The notes beneath the pieces are model-generated. The model was not told the origin of the DNA. It made no database searches and worked only from the letters and a program-made list of their open reading frames with translations. From Rhodobacterales bacterium (lineage in GTDB: Bacteria > Pseudomonadota > Alphaproteobacteria > Rhodobacterales > Rhodobacteraceae), in NCBI GenBank assembly GCA_047921315.1, contig JBLRWJ010000001.1:46791-110790 (forward strand): 64,000 bases of DNA, written 5' to 3'. The translations under genes were made by a program, and so were the position numbers. Positions 50,168 to 61,654 of the stretch are shown in pieces (position 1 is the stretch's first letter; each line of letters starts with the position of its first letter).

Positions 50168-52792
50168 GAGTTCATACAATAGCTGAAGCGCCTCACGCGG
50201 GCTAAGTTCATCCGGATGTATATCTTTCATCCGCGTGTCCAGCATGGAGGGTTTGGCGGGCGCGGATTGTGGTGGGGGCGCGGCCATGGAAAACAGCGGC
50301 AGATCATCGATGATCGCCTTTTGTTTGCCTGCTCCTTCACGCTCTCCCTTTTCAAGCGCATCAAGAACAACGCGGGCGCGGTTGACAACAGACTCGGGAA
50401 GCCCGGCAAGCTTGGCCACCTGCACACCATAAGACCGGTCCGCAGCACCTTTGCGCACCTCATGCAGAAAAATCACATCACCTTCAAATTCCTTAACGGT
50501 GACAGTGGCGTTTTCCACCCGCTGCAGCTTGTTCGCAAGGGCGGTCAATTCGTGATAATGCGTGGCAAACAAGGCGCGACAACGGTTTGCATCATGCAGA
50601 TGCTCCAGCGTTGCCCATGCGATTGACAGACCATCATAAGTGGCTGTGCCGCGCCCGATTTCATCCAGAATGACCAGCGCGTGATCATCCGCCTGATTGA
50701 GGATGGCAGCCGTTTCGACCATCTCCACCATAAAGGTAGACCGCCCCCGCGCCAGATCATCTGACGCGCCAACGCGGCTGAACAGTTGGCTGACCAGCCC
50801 GATCTCGGCCCGTGTTGCCGGAACAAAGCTGCCTATCTGGGCCAGCAGCGCGATCAGGGCTGTCTGACGAAGAAAGGTGGATTTACCGGCCATGTTGGGA
50901 CCAGTCAGAAGCCAGATATCAGCGGTATCCCCAAGATCACAATCATTGGCAACGAAGGGCGCACCGCCTTGCTTGCGCAATGCCTGTTCCACCACAGGAT
51001 GGCGCCCGCCCTCTATCAACAGGCGACGCGATTGCCCCACCACGGGACGTGTCCAACCCTCGCCACTGGCAAGATCGGCAAGCGCGCTGGCGACATCAAG
51101 CTCTGACAGCGCGCGGGCCGCGGCGTTGATCTGAGCAGCGCAATCCAGAACCGCATCTTTCAGCGTGGAATAGAGCCGCTTTTCGATATCAAGCGCATGT
51201 CCGCCAGCATTCAGAATGCGGGTTTCCATTTCGGTCAGATCGGGGGTTGTAAAGCGTAACTGGTTGGCTGTTGTCTGACGGTGACGGAACGTATCAGACA
51301 GCGGTTCAGACAGCATCCTGTCGGCATGGGTTGCGGTTACTTCGATGAAATAACCCAGGACGTTGTTATGTTTGATCTTCAGCGATTGGATACCGGTTTG
51401 CGCGGCGTATTCCGTCTGCATTCTGGCAATCACGGAACGCCCTTCATCGCGCAGGGCGCGCATATCGTCCAGTTCTTGATCATAACCCGCGCAGATAAAG
51501 CCGCCATCGCGCATCAATAGCGGTGGCTCGGCCACCAAAGCCTGCCCAAGCAGATTCAGCAGGCCATCATGCCCTTCCAGATCTTGAGTGCAATCCGCCA
51601 ACAGCTTTGGCAATTCAAGGCCATCAATCAGGCGGCAGACCTGATCTGCCTGCTCCAACCCGTTGCGGATAGAGGCCAGATCGCGCGGCCCGCCACGATC
51701 CAGCGCCAGACGGGACAAGGCGCGGTCAAGATCCGGGACTTTGCGCAAGGCATCGCGCAAATCATGTGTCAGGCGGCTCTGGTTATGCAGAAACGCCACC
51801 GCATCAAGACGGTCTTGCACCGTTTCCAGATGGCGCGAGGGGCTTGACAGCCTGCGCTCCAACAAGCGCGCGCCACCTGCGGTGATTGTCCCGTCAATGG
51901 CAGAGAGCAACGAACCCGCGCGCCCCCCTGATAGGGCATGTGTCAGTTCCAGATTGCGCCGCGTTGCAGCATCAATCTGCATCACGCCTGCTTCGGCCTC
52001 TCGCACCGGATGCCGCAGCAGCGGCAATTTGCCTTTCTGCGTAATATCCAGATATTCAACCACAGCACCAAGGGCAGAGATTTCAGCGCGCGTAAAATTT
52101 CCAAACGCGTCAAGTGATCCCACACCATAAAGCGCGCAAAGCCGCTTTTCTGCACCCAGACTGTCAAATGAGGCGCGGCTTAACGGTGTCAGCGCAGCGC
52201 CGGATTCAGAGACTATTTCGCCCAAATCACGCTCTGACGCTTCTGAAATGACCACTTCGGACGGCATCAGCCTTGCCAGTTCCGGGCCCAGCCGCACCGG
52301 AGCGAGCGGCATTACATGGCTTTCACCTGTTGAAATATCGACCCAAGCCAAAGCCCCTTCCTCCCGGACAGACGCATAGGCGCAAAGGTAGTTGTTGCGC
52401 CGCGCCTCCAGCAGCGAATCCTCGGTCAAGGTTCCGGGGGTGACAAGACGGACAACATCACGTTTGACCACAGATTTTGAACCGCGCTTCTTTGCCTCGG
52501 CCGGGTCTTCCAGCTGTTCGCATACCGCAACGCGAAACCCTTTGCGGATCAGTGCCAGCAGATACCCTTCGGCCGCGTGAACCGGCACGCCGCACATCGG
52601 TATATCCTGCCCTTCATGCTGGCCGCGTTTCGTCAGCGCGATATCCAGCGCCTGAGAGGCTGCTACCGCGTCATCAAAAAACATCTCATAGAAATCGCCC
52701 ATCCGGTAGAACAGCAAAGCGCCGGGATATTGCGCCTTGATCCCTAGAAACTGCGCCATCATGGGTGTTGCGGCGGCATGTGCGGTTGTCAC
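50147..52792 (-). CDS. mutS: DNA mismatch repair protein MutS
   Basis: [34 protein letters not shown], Walker [14 protein letters not shown], and DEIGRGT. Start set at GTG 52792, preceded by AAGGAG. The track ORF (52933) adds 47 implausible residues. Confidence 0.93.
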   Translation of the reverse strand: MTTAHAAATPMMAQFLGIKAQYPGALLFYRMGDFYEMFFDDAVAASQALDIALTKRGQHEGQDIPMCGVPVHAAEGYLLALIRKGFRVAVCEQLEDPAEAKKRGSKSVVKRDVVRLVTPGTLTEDSLLEARRNNYLCAYASVREEGALAWVDISTGESHVMPLAPVRLGPELARLMPSEVVISEASERDLGEIVSESGAALTPLSRASFDSLGAEKRLCALYGVGSLDAFGNFTRAEISALGAVVEYLDITQKGKLPLLRHPVREAEAGVMQIDAATRRNLELTHALSGGRAGSLLSAIDGTITAGGARLLERRLSSPSRHLETVQDRLDAVAFLHNQSRLTHDLRDALRKVPDLDRALSRLALDRGGPRDLASIRNGLEQADQVCRLIDGLELPKLLADCTQDLEGHDGLLNLLGQALVAEPPLLMRDGGFICAGYDQELDDMRALRDEGRSVIARMQTEYAAQTGIQSLKIKHNNVLGYFIEVTATHADRMLSEPLSDTFRHRQTTANQLRFTTPDLTEMETRILNAGGHALDIEKRLYSTLKDAVLDCAAQINAAARALSELDVASALADLASGEGWTRPVVGQSRRLLIEGGRHPVVEQALRKQGGAPFVANDCDLGDTADIWLLTGPNMAGKSTFLRQTALIALLAQIGSFVPATRAEIGLVSQLFSRVGASDDLARGRSTFMVEMVETAAILNQADDHALVILDEIGRGTATYDGLSIAWATLEHLHDANRCRALFATHYHELTALANKLQRVENATVTVKEFEGDVIFLHEVRKGAADRSYGVQVAKLAGLPESVVNRARVVLDALEKGEREGAGKQKAIIDDLPLFSMAAPPPQSAPAKPSMLDTRMKDIHPDELSPREALQLLYELKEVSQI

Positions 52793-52926
52793 GGTGGCTC
52801 CTTTATGTGTTGGGACAAACCTTACAAATCCCTTTGTGGTGGTGAAAGGTGAAAACGCAAAACCGTTGAGGCGGGCGCAACAGCAGGCTATGACGCCCTG
52901 ACCCCGCAGAGGAACAGGCCAAGCGA

Positions 52927-55182
52927 ATGACAAAAACCAGACTGACCCGCGAAGAGGCGCTTGCCTTTCATATGGAGCCGATGCCCGGCAAGTTCGAGAT
53001 CACAGCGACAGTGCCAATGGCCACCCAGCGTGATCTGTCGCTGGCCTATTCCCCCGGCGTTGCTGTGCCCTGCGAGGAAATCGCGGCGGCACCAGAGACA
53101 GCTTATGACTATACCAACAAGGGCAATCTTGTGGCTGTCATCTCCAATGGCACGGCGGTTCTTGGTCTTGGCAATCTGGGTGCGCTTGCCTCCAAGCCGG
53201 TGATGGAGGGGAAATCGGTTTTGTTCAAACGCTTTGCGGATGTGAACAGTATCGATATCGAATTGGACACCGAAGACCCGGAAGCCTTTATCAACGCTGT
53301 GCGGCTGATGGGGCCAACCTTTGGCGGTATCAACCTTGAGGATATCAAGGCACCGGAATGCTTCATCATCGAGCAACGTCTGAAAGAGGTGATGGATATC
53401 CCCGTTTTTCATGACGATCAGCATGGAACGGCCGTTATCTGTGCCGCTGGCCTTATTAACGCGCTGCATCTGTCGGGTAAGAAAATCGAAGAGGTGCGGA
53501 TTGTCTTGAACGGGGCAGGGGCCGCAGGCATCGCCTGTCTGGAATTGCTCAAATCGATGGGCGCGAAACATGACAACTGCATCATGTGTGACACCAAAGG
53601 CGTGATCTATCAGGGCCGCAGCGAGGGGATGAACCAGTGGAAATCTGCCCATGCCGCCCGCACCGATCTGCGCAGCCTAGAAGAGGCCATGAATGGCGCA
53701 GATGTGTTTTTGGGTGTGTCAGCCAAAGGTGCGGTGACGCAGGCGATGGTTGAATCCATGGCGTCCGATCCGGTGATCTTTGCGATGGCCAACCCTGACC
53801 CGGAGATCACGCCAGAAGAAGCGCATGCTGTGCGCCCTGATGCGATTGTGGCGACCGGGCGTTCGGATTATCCGAATCAGGTCAATAATGTGCTGGGCTT
53901 TCCCTATCTTTTCCGTGGCGCGCTGGATATCCATGCACGCGCCATCAATGATGAGATGAAGATCGCCTGCGCCGAAGCCTTGGCAGAACTGGCGCGGGAG
54001 GATGTGCCGGATGAGGTGGCGATGGCCTATGGCAAGAACCTCAGTTTCGGACGGGATTACATCATTCCCACACCGTTTGATCCGCGCCTGATTTATCGCA
54101 TTCCTCCTGCCGTTGCGCGGGCGGGCATGAAAACGGGTGCTGCCCGTCGCCCGATCATCGATATGGAAAGCTATGAGGCCGGGCTGAAAGGCCGGATGGA
54201 TCCCACGGCGAATATTCTGCGCGGTATTCATGCCCGCGCGCGTGCCAATCAGGCGCGGATGATTTTTGCCGAGGGGGATGATCCGCGTGTGTTGCGCGCC
54301 GCTGTAAGCTATCAGCGCTCAGGCATGGGCAAGGCGCTGATCGTCGGGCGCGATTATGATGTCAAAGCCAAACTGGAAGCGGCCGGTATGGCCGATGCCG
54401 TGGCCGAGCTTGAGGTGGTGAATGCCGCAAACACCCCGCATCTGGAGACATATAAGGAGTTTTTGTATCAGAGACTGCAGCGCAAGGGCTTTGACAGGCA
54501 TGATATCCACCGGCTGGCCGCACGCGACCGGCATGTGTTTTCAGCGCTGCTGCTGGCGCATGGGCATGGCGATGGGCTTGTGACCGGGGCCACCCGCAAG
54601 GCCGCCCATGTCATGGACTTGATTAACCATGTTTTTGATGCGGATGCCGCGCATGGGGCTGCGGGTGTGACAGCCCTGTTGCACAAGGGCAAGATCGTTC
54701 TGATCGCGGATACACTGGTGCATGAATGGCCCGATGAGAATGATTTGGCAACGATTGCGGAACGTGCCGCTGATGTGGCCCATGATCTGGGGCTTGAACC
54801 ACGCGTTGCGTTTGTCAGCTTTTCAACCTTCGGGTATCCAAGATCGGAAAGAGCGGAGAAAATGCACCGCGCCCCCCAAGTTCTGGAGGCGCGAGGTGTT
54901 GATTTCGAGTTTGAGGGCGAGATGACCGTGGATGTCGCGTTAAACCCCAAGGCGCAGTCGATCTACCCGTTTCAGCGATTGACCGGTCCAGCCAATATCC
55001 TTGTGGTGCCTGCACGACATTCCGCATCAATCTCGGTCAAGTTGATGCAGGAAATGGCAGGTGCCACTGTGATCGGGCCAATCTTGTCTGGTGTGGATAA
55101 ATCCATTCAAATCTGTTCCACGAATTCTACCGCGAATGATATTTTGAACATGGCGATGCTGGCAGCGTGCAAGGTGCGTTGA
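52927..55182 (+). CDS. maeB: NADP-dependent malic enzyme (malic enzyme domain + PTA-like domain)
   Basis: 751 aa. [22 protein letters not shown], and NAD(P) loop [10 protein letters not shown], with a C-terminal phosphate-acetyltransferase-like domain. Confidence 0.9.
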   Translation: MTKTRLTREEALAFHMEPMPGKFEITATVPMATQRDLSLAYSPGVAVPCEEIAAAPETAYDYTNKGNLVAVISNGTAVLGLGNLGALASKPVMEGKSVLFKRFADVNSIDIELDTEDPEAFINAVRLMGPTFGGINLEDIKAPECFIIEQRLKEVMDIPVFHDDQHGTAVICAAGLINALHLSGKKIEEVRIVLNGAGAAGIACLELLKSMGAKHDNCIMCDTKGVIYQGRSEGMNQWKSAHAARTDLRSLEEAMNGADVFLGVSAKGAVTQAMVESMASDPVIFAMANPDPEITPEEAHAVRPDAIVATGRSDYPNQVNNVLGFPYLFRGALDIHARAINDEMKIACAEALAELAREDVPDEVAMAYGKNLSFGRDYIIPTPFDPRLIYRIPPAVARAGMKTGAARRPIIDMESYEAGLKGRMDPTANILRGIHARARANQARMIFAEGDDPRVLRAAVSYQRSGMGKALIVGRDYDVKAKLEAAGMADAVAELEVVNAANTPHLETYKEFLYQRLQRKGFDRHDIHRLAARDRHVFSALLLAHGHGDGLVTGATRKAAHVMDLINHVFDADAAHGAAGVTALLHKGKIVLIADTLVHEWPDENDLATIAERAADVAHDLGLEPRVAFVSFSTFGYPRSERAEKMHRAPQVLEARGVDFEFEGEMTVDVALNPKAQSIYPFQRLTGPANILVVPARHSASISVKLMQEMAGATVIGPILSGVDKSIQICSTNSTANDILNMAMLAACKVR

Positions 55183-55203
55183 TGGCGGGCCTGAAAGGGT
55201 GGC

Positions 55204-56094
55204 ATGGCGATCTATAACCTTGGCTCTATCAATGCTGATATGTTGTATCGCGTGCCACATCTGCCCCAACCGGGCGAGACTGTGGCGGCAACAGGGTTAA
55301 GCCGTGCTTTGGGCGGCAAAGGTGCAAACATGTCTGTTGCCGCGGCTCGCGGCGCTGCGCGCATTGTGCATATCGGCTCTGTCGGGCAAGACGGGCGTTG
55401 GGCAAGGGATCTGCTGACGGAATATGGCGTTGATACGCGGCATATTGAAACCGTGGATCAGGCAACGGGCCATGCGATTATCCTGTTGGACCCGTCGGGC
55501 GAGAATTCAATCGTGATTATCCCCGGTGCCAATCAGGCGATTCCGCAAAGCCGTGTCGGGCTTGCACTCGCCGAAGCCTCCCCCGGTGATTTCCTGCTTC
55601 TTCAGAACGAAACCTGCCATCAGGTCTACGGTGCCAAAACCGGGTATGATATGGGGTTGCGCGTGGTCTATGCTGCCGCACCTTTCGATGTGTCCGCCAT
55701 TGAAGCGGTTTTGCCATATCTGGATATGCTGATTCTGAATGCGCTTGAGGCCAGTCAGTTGACCGATTCATTGGGCAAGCCGCCAGAAACACTGGGCGTG
55801 CCTGATGTTATTGTCACGCTTGGGGCCAAGGGTTGCCGGTGGCATCAGGCAGACACCGGGGCATCACAAAGTTTTGCGGCGCTGCCTGTCACCCCTGTGG
55901 ATACAACCGGGGCGGGGGATACGTTTACGGGATATCTTCTTGCAGGGTTGGACCGTGGTATGCCGATGGAACAATCTATAGGATTGGCAACCAAAGCGGC
56001 TGCATTGATGGTGACGCGGCTTGGTACTGCGGATGTGATACCTGATCTACTGGAGATCCAGCAAATGGATCAGCCGCCCACAAAGGGTGCCTGA
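55204..56094 (+). CDS. rbsK: ribokinase / PfkB-family sugar kinase
   Basis: GSINADM, GGKGANMSVAAA, and C-terminal DTTGAGDTFTG. Confidence 0.75.
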   Translation: MAIYNLGSINADMLYRVPHLPQPGETVAATGLSRALGGKGANMSVAAARGAARIVHIGSVGQDGRWARDLLTEYGVDTRHIETVDQATGHAIILLDPSGENSIVIIPGANQAIPQSRVGLALAEASPGDFLLLQNETCHQVYGAKTGYDMGLRVVYAAAPFDVSAIEAVLPYLDMLILNALEASQLTDSLGKPPETLGVPDVIVTLGAKGCRWHQADTGASQSFAALPVTPVDTTGAGDTFTGYLLAGLDRGMPMEQSIGLATKAAALMVTRLGTADVIPDLLEIQQMDQPPTKGA

Positions 56095-56408
56095 TTGCCC
56101 CAAAGCTGCCGCACGCGCTGGTCCCGTCCGCAGCCATCGCGATAGCGTTTATAGGCATCAGCTTGTGTGATGACGCCAAAGCGGGTGATCACAAGGTTGG
56201 TTCCCTTGTAATACTCCTGATGGTAGTCCTCTGCCCTGTAAAAGGGCGCTATGTCCAGCACTTGCGTGACAATGTTTTGCCCCAGCACGGCCTTGGCAGA
56301 GGAAATAGCTGTTTCTGCTGCATGGGCGCGGCTTCCCTTGACGGCAAACCCTGCCATCAGAGCCAGAACCAGAATGATCAGTTTGAAATCACTAAGCCTG
56401 CGTTTCAT
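56070..56408 (-). pseudogene. msrA: msrA remnant: signal peptide fused to the C-terminal third of peptide-methionine (S)-S-oxide reductase, catalytic core missing
   Basis: 112-aa ORF. Signal MKRRLSDFKLIILVLALMAGFAVKGSRAHA|AETAI runs directly into ...LGQNIVTQVLDIAPFYRAEDYHQEYYKG...CGRDQRVRQLWG (MsrA C-terminal motifs). No GCFWG/GCFWC active-site block. GGAGGTG lies upstream of the ATG at 56408. Overlaps the rbsK 3' end by 25 nt. Confidence 0.55.
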
Positions 56409-56558
56409 TGTGCACCTCCGCGATGAGAATATGAGAGTGCACAAGCTTACCATCGCTGCAAAGCAACAAGTTTGACTGTCACGCAACGGTGAAACAGCGC
56501 GAGCACTTTTCATACCGATACTTCCGGTTTAGCCTGCCTGTCAAAACAGGAGGGGCGG

Positions 56559-57467
56559 ATGACCGACCATGTGACAACGCATCAAGCGGCAGAAGATACC
56601 CGCAATGAAACCATCCGGATTTGGGTGAATGGCCGGATCGTGCCAAAGGCCGAAGCGGTTGTCAGCGTCTATGACAGCGGGTTCATGCTGGGTGATGGCG
56701 TGTGGGAAGGGATTCGCCTTTATAACGGATCATGGGCTTTTCTTGACGAACATATGGATCGTCTGTTCGAGGCGGTAAAAGCCATTGATCTGGAGATCGG
56801 ATTGACGCGGGACCAGATGATTCAAGCCGTGTTAGACACGCAAGCCGCCAATGAGATGACGGAAAACGCCCATGCCCGCCTGATGGTGACAAGGGGCGTC
56901 AAAACACGCCCGTTCCAGCATCCGTCGCTTTCACGGCAAGGGCCAACAGTTGTGATTATCATGGAGCACTCCAAGCCCAGTATCCCGCGCCCGATCAGGT
57001 TGGCTACTGTGCCGCATTTGCGCGGGCTGCCGATGACTCAGGATCCCAAACTGAACAGCCATTCAAAACTGAACTGTATTCTGGCCTGTATCGCTGCTGA
57101 AAAGGCCGGCGCGGACGAGGCGTTGATGCTGGATGTGCACGGGTTTGTAAACACAACCAATGCCTGCAATTTCTTTATCGTCCGCAAAGGGCAGGTTTGG
57201 ACCAGCACGGGCGATTACTGCATGAACGGCATAACCCGGCAAAAGGTGATTGATCTGTGCCGCGAAAACGGCATCCCGGTATTCGAGAGGAACTTTTCCC
57301 TGGTTGATACTTACGGTGCGGATGAGGCGTTCCTTACAGGCACTTTTGGGGCGCAGACACCCGTTGGCAGCATTGACGGACGCCAGATTGGTGATGGCCA
57401 GATGGGGCAGATCACCAAGCAGATCAGAATGCTCTATCAGGCTCTGATCCAGCGGGAAACGGCCTGA
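56559..57467 (+). CDS. PLP fold-type IV aminotransferase (branched-chain / D-amino-acid aminotransferase-like)
   Basis: DSGFMLGDGVWEGIR, a Lys-containing NSHSKLNCILACIAAEKAGADEALMLD, and C-terminal DEAFLTGTFGAQTPVGSIDG. Confidence 0.82.
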   Translation: MTDHVTTHQAAEDTRNETIRIWVNGRIVPKAEAVVSVYDSGFMLGDGVWEGIRLYNGSWAFLDEHMDRLFEAVKAIDLEIGLTRDQMIQAVLDTQAANEMTENAHARLMVTRGVKTRPFQHPSLSRQGPTVVIIMEHSKPSIPRPIRLATVPHLRGLPMTQDPKLNSHSKLNCILACIAAEKAGADEALMLDVHGFVNTTNACNFFIVRKGQVWTSTGDYCMNGITRQKVIDLCRENGIPVFERNFSLVDTYGADEAFLTGTFGAQTPVGSIDGRQIGDGQMGQITKQIRMLYQALIQRETA

Positions 57468-57469
57468 TC

Positions 57470-58183
57470 ATGCGGATTGCAATGTGGTCGGGGCCGCGCA
57501 ACCTGTCAACGGCAATGATGTATTCCTTCGGGGCGAGGGCCGATTTCGCGGTTGTGGATGAACCTTTCTATGCGGCCTATCTGACACGAACCGGATTGGA
57601 CCACCCGATGCGGGATGACATTATTGCATCGCAATCAGTCGATCCTGAAGAAGTGGCCGCAATGCTGACTGGTCCGGTCCCTGATGGGCGCGCGCATTTC
57701 TATCAAAAGCATATGACCCAGCACATGATTGCGGGCATTCCACGCGGTTGGATGGCGGGCATGCGCCATGTGTTCCTGATCCGGCATCCGGCGCGCGTTG
57801 TGGCAAGCTTTGGTGCGAAATACGATAACCCGACTTTGGCTGATATCGGATTTTCGCAGCAAACCGATCTGTATGAAAGCCTGATTGCGCAAGGCGACAG
57901 CCCTGTCGTGATCGATTCCGCTGATATCAGGCGTGATCCTGAGGGCATGTTGACGCGCCTGTGTGCTGCGTTGGATTTGCCTTTTGATCCGGCAATGTTG
58001 TCATGGCCTGCAGGTGGGCACCCGTCAGACGGGGTATGGGCGCCGCATTGGTATGCATCGGTTCATACCTCAACAGGCTTTGCCCCGGTTGAGGGGGCGC
58101 CGCCTGATTTGACGGGGGCTGCGGCTGAATTGGTAGAACAAGCCCTGCCGCATTATCGGCGTTTGGAGAAACACAAGCTGTAA
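57470..58183 (+). CDS. sulfotransferase-fold protein (hypothetical)
   Basis: 5'-PSB-like loop MWSGPRNLST and 3'-PB-like FLIRHPARVVAS. Start lies 2 nt after the upstream stop. Confidence 0.55.
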   Translation: MRIAMWSGPRNLSTAMMYSFGARADFAVVDEPFYAAYLTRTGLDHPMRDDIIASQSVDPEEVAAMLTGPVPDGRAHFYQKHMTQHMIAGIPRGWMAGMRHVFLIRHPARVVASFGAKYDNPTLADIGFSQQTDLYESLIAQGDSPVVIDSADIRRDPEGMLTRLCAALDLPFDPAMLSWPAGGHPSDGVWAPHWYASVHTSTGFAPVEGAPPDLTGAAAELVEQALPHYRRLEKHKL

Positions 58184-58192
58184 CCCCAATAC

Positions 58193-58221
58193 AAAAAGGG
58201 CGGTTTGGTGCCGCCCTTTGC
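58193..58221. terminator. bidirectional intrinsic terminator between the sulfotransferase-like gene and argG
   Basis: AAAGGGCGG-tttggtg-CCGCCCTTT: a perfect 9-bp stem including A/T-run flanks. Confidence 0.75.
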
Positions 58222-58240
58222 ATGAATATCAGAGACTGTT

Positions 58241-59467
58241 TCAGCCTTTCAGGCGACGATCGCGCGTGGCGATCAGTTTCAGCCGCAGCGCGTTGAGGCG
58301 GATGAAGCCTTGGGCGTCTTTTTGATCATAGGCGCCTGCATCATCTTCGAATGTCACATGCGCTTCGGAATACAGGCTGTGATCGGACCAGCGACCAACA
58401 CAGGTCGCCATACCTTTATAGAGCTTGAGCCGCACCGTGCCTGTGACATGTTCCTGGCTCTTGTCGATCAGGGCTTGCAGCATCTCACGCTCTGGGCTGA
58501 ACCAGAAGCCGTTATAGATCAGTTCGGCATAGCGCGGCATGATGCTGTCTTTGAGGTGGCCAGCGCCGGCATCCAGCGTGATCTGTTCGATGCCGCGATG
58601 CGCCTCAAGCAGGACAGTGCCGCCCGGTGTTTCATAAATGCCGCGCGACTTCATGCCGACAAAGCGGTTTTCCACGAAATCCAGCCGCCCGATCCCGTGT
58701 TTGCCGCCCAGTTCGTTCAGCTTTGTCAGGATTGTGGCAGGGCTGAGAGCCTCTCCGTTGATGGCAGTGGCATCGCCACGCTCGAAGCTGATCTCGATAT
58801 ATTCGGGGGTATCGGGTGCATCCTCTGGCGCGACGGTGCGCTGATACACATATTCGGGCGCTTGCACGGCGGGATCTTCCAGCGCCTTGCCCTCGGATGA
58901 GGTGTGCAGCAGGTTGGCATCAACACTGAACGGCGCCTCGCCGCGTTTATCCTTGGCGATGGGAATCTGATTCGCTTCGGCGAATTCGATCAGCTTGGTG
59001 CGGCTGGTCAGATCCCAGATCCGCCATGGCGCGATGACCTTGATATCGGGGTTCAACGCATAGGCGCTCAGCTCAAAACGGACCTGATCATTCCCCTTGC
59101 CTGTTGCGCCATGGGCCACTGCATCAGCACCGGTTTCGGCGGCAATCTCAACCAATCGCTTGGAGATCAGAGGGCGGGCGATGGATGTGCCCAGAAGATA
59201 CAGCCCCTCATAGAGCGCGTTGGCGCGGAACATCGGGAACACGAAATCGCGCACAAATTCTTCGCGGACATCTTCGATATAGATGTTGGATGGCGCAATT
59301 CCCAGCAGCTCGGCCTTGGCGCGCGCGGGCTCCAACTCTTCTCCCTGACCGAGATCAGCGGTAAAGGTCACAACCTCGCAACCATATTCGGTTTGCAACC
59401 ATTTCAGGATGATCGAGGTATCAAGGCCGCCGGAATAGGCCAGCACGACTTTCTTGGGCGCGGACAT
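58241..59467 (-). CDS. argG: argininosuccinate synthase
   Basis: [16 protein letters not shown]-binding motif and [14 protein letters not shown]. Confidence 0.95.
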   Translation of the reverse strand: MSAPKKVVLAYSGGLDTSIILKWLQTEYGCEVVTFTADLGQGEELEPARAKAELLGIAPSNIYIEDVREEFVRDFVFPMFRANALYEGLYLLGTSIARPLISKRLVEIAAETGADAVAHGATGKGNDQVRFELSAYALNPDIKVIAPWRIWDLTSRTKLIEFAEANQIPIAKDKRGEAPFSVDANLLHTSSEGKALEDPAVQAPEYVYQRTVAPEDAPDTPEYIEISFERGDATAINGEALSPATILTKLNELGGKHGIGRLDFVENRFVGMKSRGIYETPGGTVLLEAHRGIEQITLDAGAGHLKDSIMPRYAELIYNGFWFSPEREMLQALIDKSQEHVTGTVRLKLYKGMATCVGRWSDHSLYSEAHVTFEDDAGAYDQKDAQGFIRLNALRLKLIATRDRRLKG

Positions 59468-59587
59468 GTGTTTTTCCCCAGTGAATACGTTTCGGGGCGA
59501 TTAACGGGTTTTGTGGCGCAGGGCAAGGTTGCCGGGCAAATGCAGCTTTGGCTTGCGTGAATGGCCAAGCTGCGCCAGAGATCGGGG

Positions 59588-60826
59588 ATGAGCAAGTTTC
59601 AAGATCAGGCCCGCGCAGCCGAACGCGCCATGCGCGCGGTTTTTCCCGCCACGCCCCTGCTGCGCAACGCGCATCTGTCCGAACGGTTTGAGGCGGATAT
59701 CTGGCTGAAGCGGGAAGATCTTTCGCCGGTGCGATCCTACAAGCTGCGCGGCGCCTTCAATGCGATGCGCAAGGTGCTGGCCGGTGATCCGGATCGGCGG
59801 CTGTTTGTCTGCGCCTCTGCTGGAAACCATGCGCAGGGTGTTGCGTTCATGTGCCGCCACTTTGGCGTCAGGGGCGTGATCTTTATGCCGGTGACGACAC
59901 CGCAGCAAAAGATCCAAAAGACCGGCATGTTCGGGGGCGATGCCATCGAAATTCGGCTGACGGGTGATTACTTCGATGACACACTTGCCTCGGCTCAAGC
60001 GTATTGCGCGGAACATGGCGGGTATTTTCTGTCGCCGTTTGATGATGTTGATGTGATTGAAGGCCAAGCCTCGGTTGCCGTGGAAATAGAGCAGGATCTG
60101 GGCTTTGCGCCCGATCATATCCTTCTGCCTGTGGGGGGCGGTGGGTTGTCGGCGGGGGTGCGCAGTTTTTTCGGCACGCAACTGTCCTATAGTTTTGTTG
60201 AGCCATTGGGTGGTGCCAGCCTGCGTGCCGCATTGGCTGCGGGGCGGCCTGTCAAACTGGATAAAGTGAACACGTTTGTCGACGGTGCGGCTGTTGCCTG
60301 TATTGGCGCGCAGACCTTTGCGCGGCTCAAGGATATTGATCCACACGATGTTGTGGCTGCCCCTGAGGACCGCATCTGCACGACGATCCTTGAGATGCTG
60401 AATGTGGAAGGTATTGTGTTGGAGCCTGCAGGTGCGCTGGCCGTAGATGCCTTGGTGGATGTTGCCGACAAGATCAAAGGCAAGACAGTCGTCTGTGTGA
60501 CATCAGGCGGCAATTTTGATTTTGAGCGTTTGCCAGAGGTGAAGGAACGTGCGCAGCGTTATTCCGGGGTAAAGAAGTATTTCATCCTGCGGATGCCGCA
60601 GCGCCCCGGCGCGCTGAAGGAGTTTTTGAATATTCTTGGCCCGGATGATGACATTGCCCGGTTCGAATACCTCAAGAAATCGGCGCGCAATTTCGGCTCT
60701 GTCTTGATCGGAATAGAGACGACCCGCCCAGAGAATTTTACATCGCTTTTGTCTCAATTGAACGCGGCCGGATTTGCCTATCGTGACATCACCAATGATG
60801 AGACATTGGCGGAGTTCCTGATCTGA
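59588..60826 (+). CDS. ilvA: threonine ammonia-lyase (threonine dehydratase)
   Basis: TPLLRNAHLSERF, PLP-Lys motif SPVRSYKLRGAFN, GGGGLSAG, and a single C-terminal ACT-like domain. An alternative ATG lies at 59561. Confidence 0.85.
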   Translation: MSKFQDQARAAERAMRAVFPATPLLRNAHLSERFEADIWLKREDLSPVRSYKLRGAFNAMRKVLAGDPDRRLFVCASAGNHAQGVAFMCRHFGVRGVIFMPVTTPQQKIQKTGMFGGDAIEIRLTGDYFDDTLASAQAYCAEHGGYFLSPFDDVDVIEGQASVAVEIEQDLGFAPDHILLPVGGGGLSAGVRSFFGTQLSYSFVEPLGGASLRAALAAGRPVKLDKVNTFVDGAAVACIGAQTFARLKDIDPHDVVAAPEDRICTTILEMLNVEGIVLEPAGALAVDALVDVADKIKGKTVVCVTSGGNFDFERLPEVKERAQRYSGVKKYFILRMPQRPGALKEFLNILGPDDDIARFEYLKKSARNFGSVLIGIETTRPENFTSLLSQLNAAGFAYRDITNDETLAEFLI

Positions 60827-60885
60827 TCCGCGTTCTGTGGGGTGACCTGGGCCTGTGAGTATTTGAAGAACAATGAAGGAAAGGC

Positions 60886-61494
60886 TCAGCCAATCTGGGC
60901 CAGCAGCGCATTGTGGCGGGCGGTATAGTTGGCACGGACAATGACAGGCGGGCGCAGATCAATCGACAATCCGCTTATTAGAGACTGATCCGGCTTTCCA
61001 AACAGTTTGTCCGCCTCGGCCTTGCTGAAGCCGGCAATCTCGACCGCTTCCATCCATGCGCTGATACGGTCTGCCTGTTTGATTTGTTTTTTGATGACGG
61101 CAGGGATGGTTGCGGGCAGGCCAAAGCGGATGTGAATCGCCGCGGTAAGGCGCGCGTCCAAATCCTCATAGCCGGGCCCTACGGCTGATTTTACGGGGCT
61201 GATCATGTCGCCGATCACATATTCGGGCGCATCATGCAGCAGGGCGGCCAACTGCCATTTGGCGGCAATGCCGGGTGTCATCCGTGTGAACAGGGTTTCC
61301 ACCAGAAGGGAATGTTCAGCAACCGAATAGGCGTGATCACCACGGGTCTGCCCGTTCCAGCGCGCCACAAATGCCAAACCATGGGCGATGTCTTCGATCT
61401 CGATATCGACGGGTGTTGGATCAAGCAGATCAAGGCGGCGGCCGGACAGCATCCGTTGCCAGGCGCGGGGGGGTTTGGGCATCGCATTCTCCAT
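60886..61494 (-). CDS. HD-domain phosphohydrolase (YfbR-like)
   Basis: AEHSLLV...LLHDAPEYVIGDMISP metal-binding H..HD..D pattern. Start at 61494 or 61482. Confidence 0.7.
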   Translation of the reverse strand: MENAMPKPPRAWQRMLSGRRLDLLDPTPVDIEIEDIAHGLAFVARWNGQTRGDHAYSVAEHSLLVETLFTRMTPGIAAKWQLAALLHDAPEYVIGDMISPVKSAVGPGYEDLDARLTAAIHIRFGLPATIPAVIKKQIKQADRISAWMEAVEIAGFSKAEADKLFGKPDQSLISGLSIDLRPPVIVRANYTARHNALLAQIG

Positions 61495-61654
61495 CGGTGC
61501 TTTGCAGGTTTTATGTTTGCCAAGCCAAGATGTGCAAGTTTGGTCTGTGCCTGCATGACAAAACAACAGCGCGCGCTATCCTATGCAGCGTTGTGGCATA
61601 GTGCAAACAGTGCTACTCGCTGCGATCAAAGAGACTATTCAAAGGGTGCCCCAA

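Noticed and set aside
52888-53652. 254-aa minus-strand ORF opposite the maeB 5' region.
   Set aside because: It is antisense to a clear malic-enzyme coding frame and has no motifs.
59501-60346. 281-aa minus-strand ORF opposite ilvA.
   Set aside because: It is antisense to the PLP-motif-bearing frame, has an Arg/His/Gln-rich composition, and crosses the argG-ilvA intergenic region.
61495-61654. Possible SAH-type riboswitch in the ahcY leader.
   Set aside because: The leader is not GC-rich and shows none of the conserved SAH-riboswitch blocks I remember. Only a 6-bp hairpin is present (CTATGC..GCATAG). An Infernal scan is needed to be sure.
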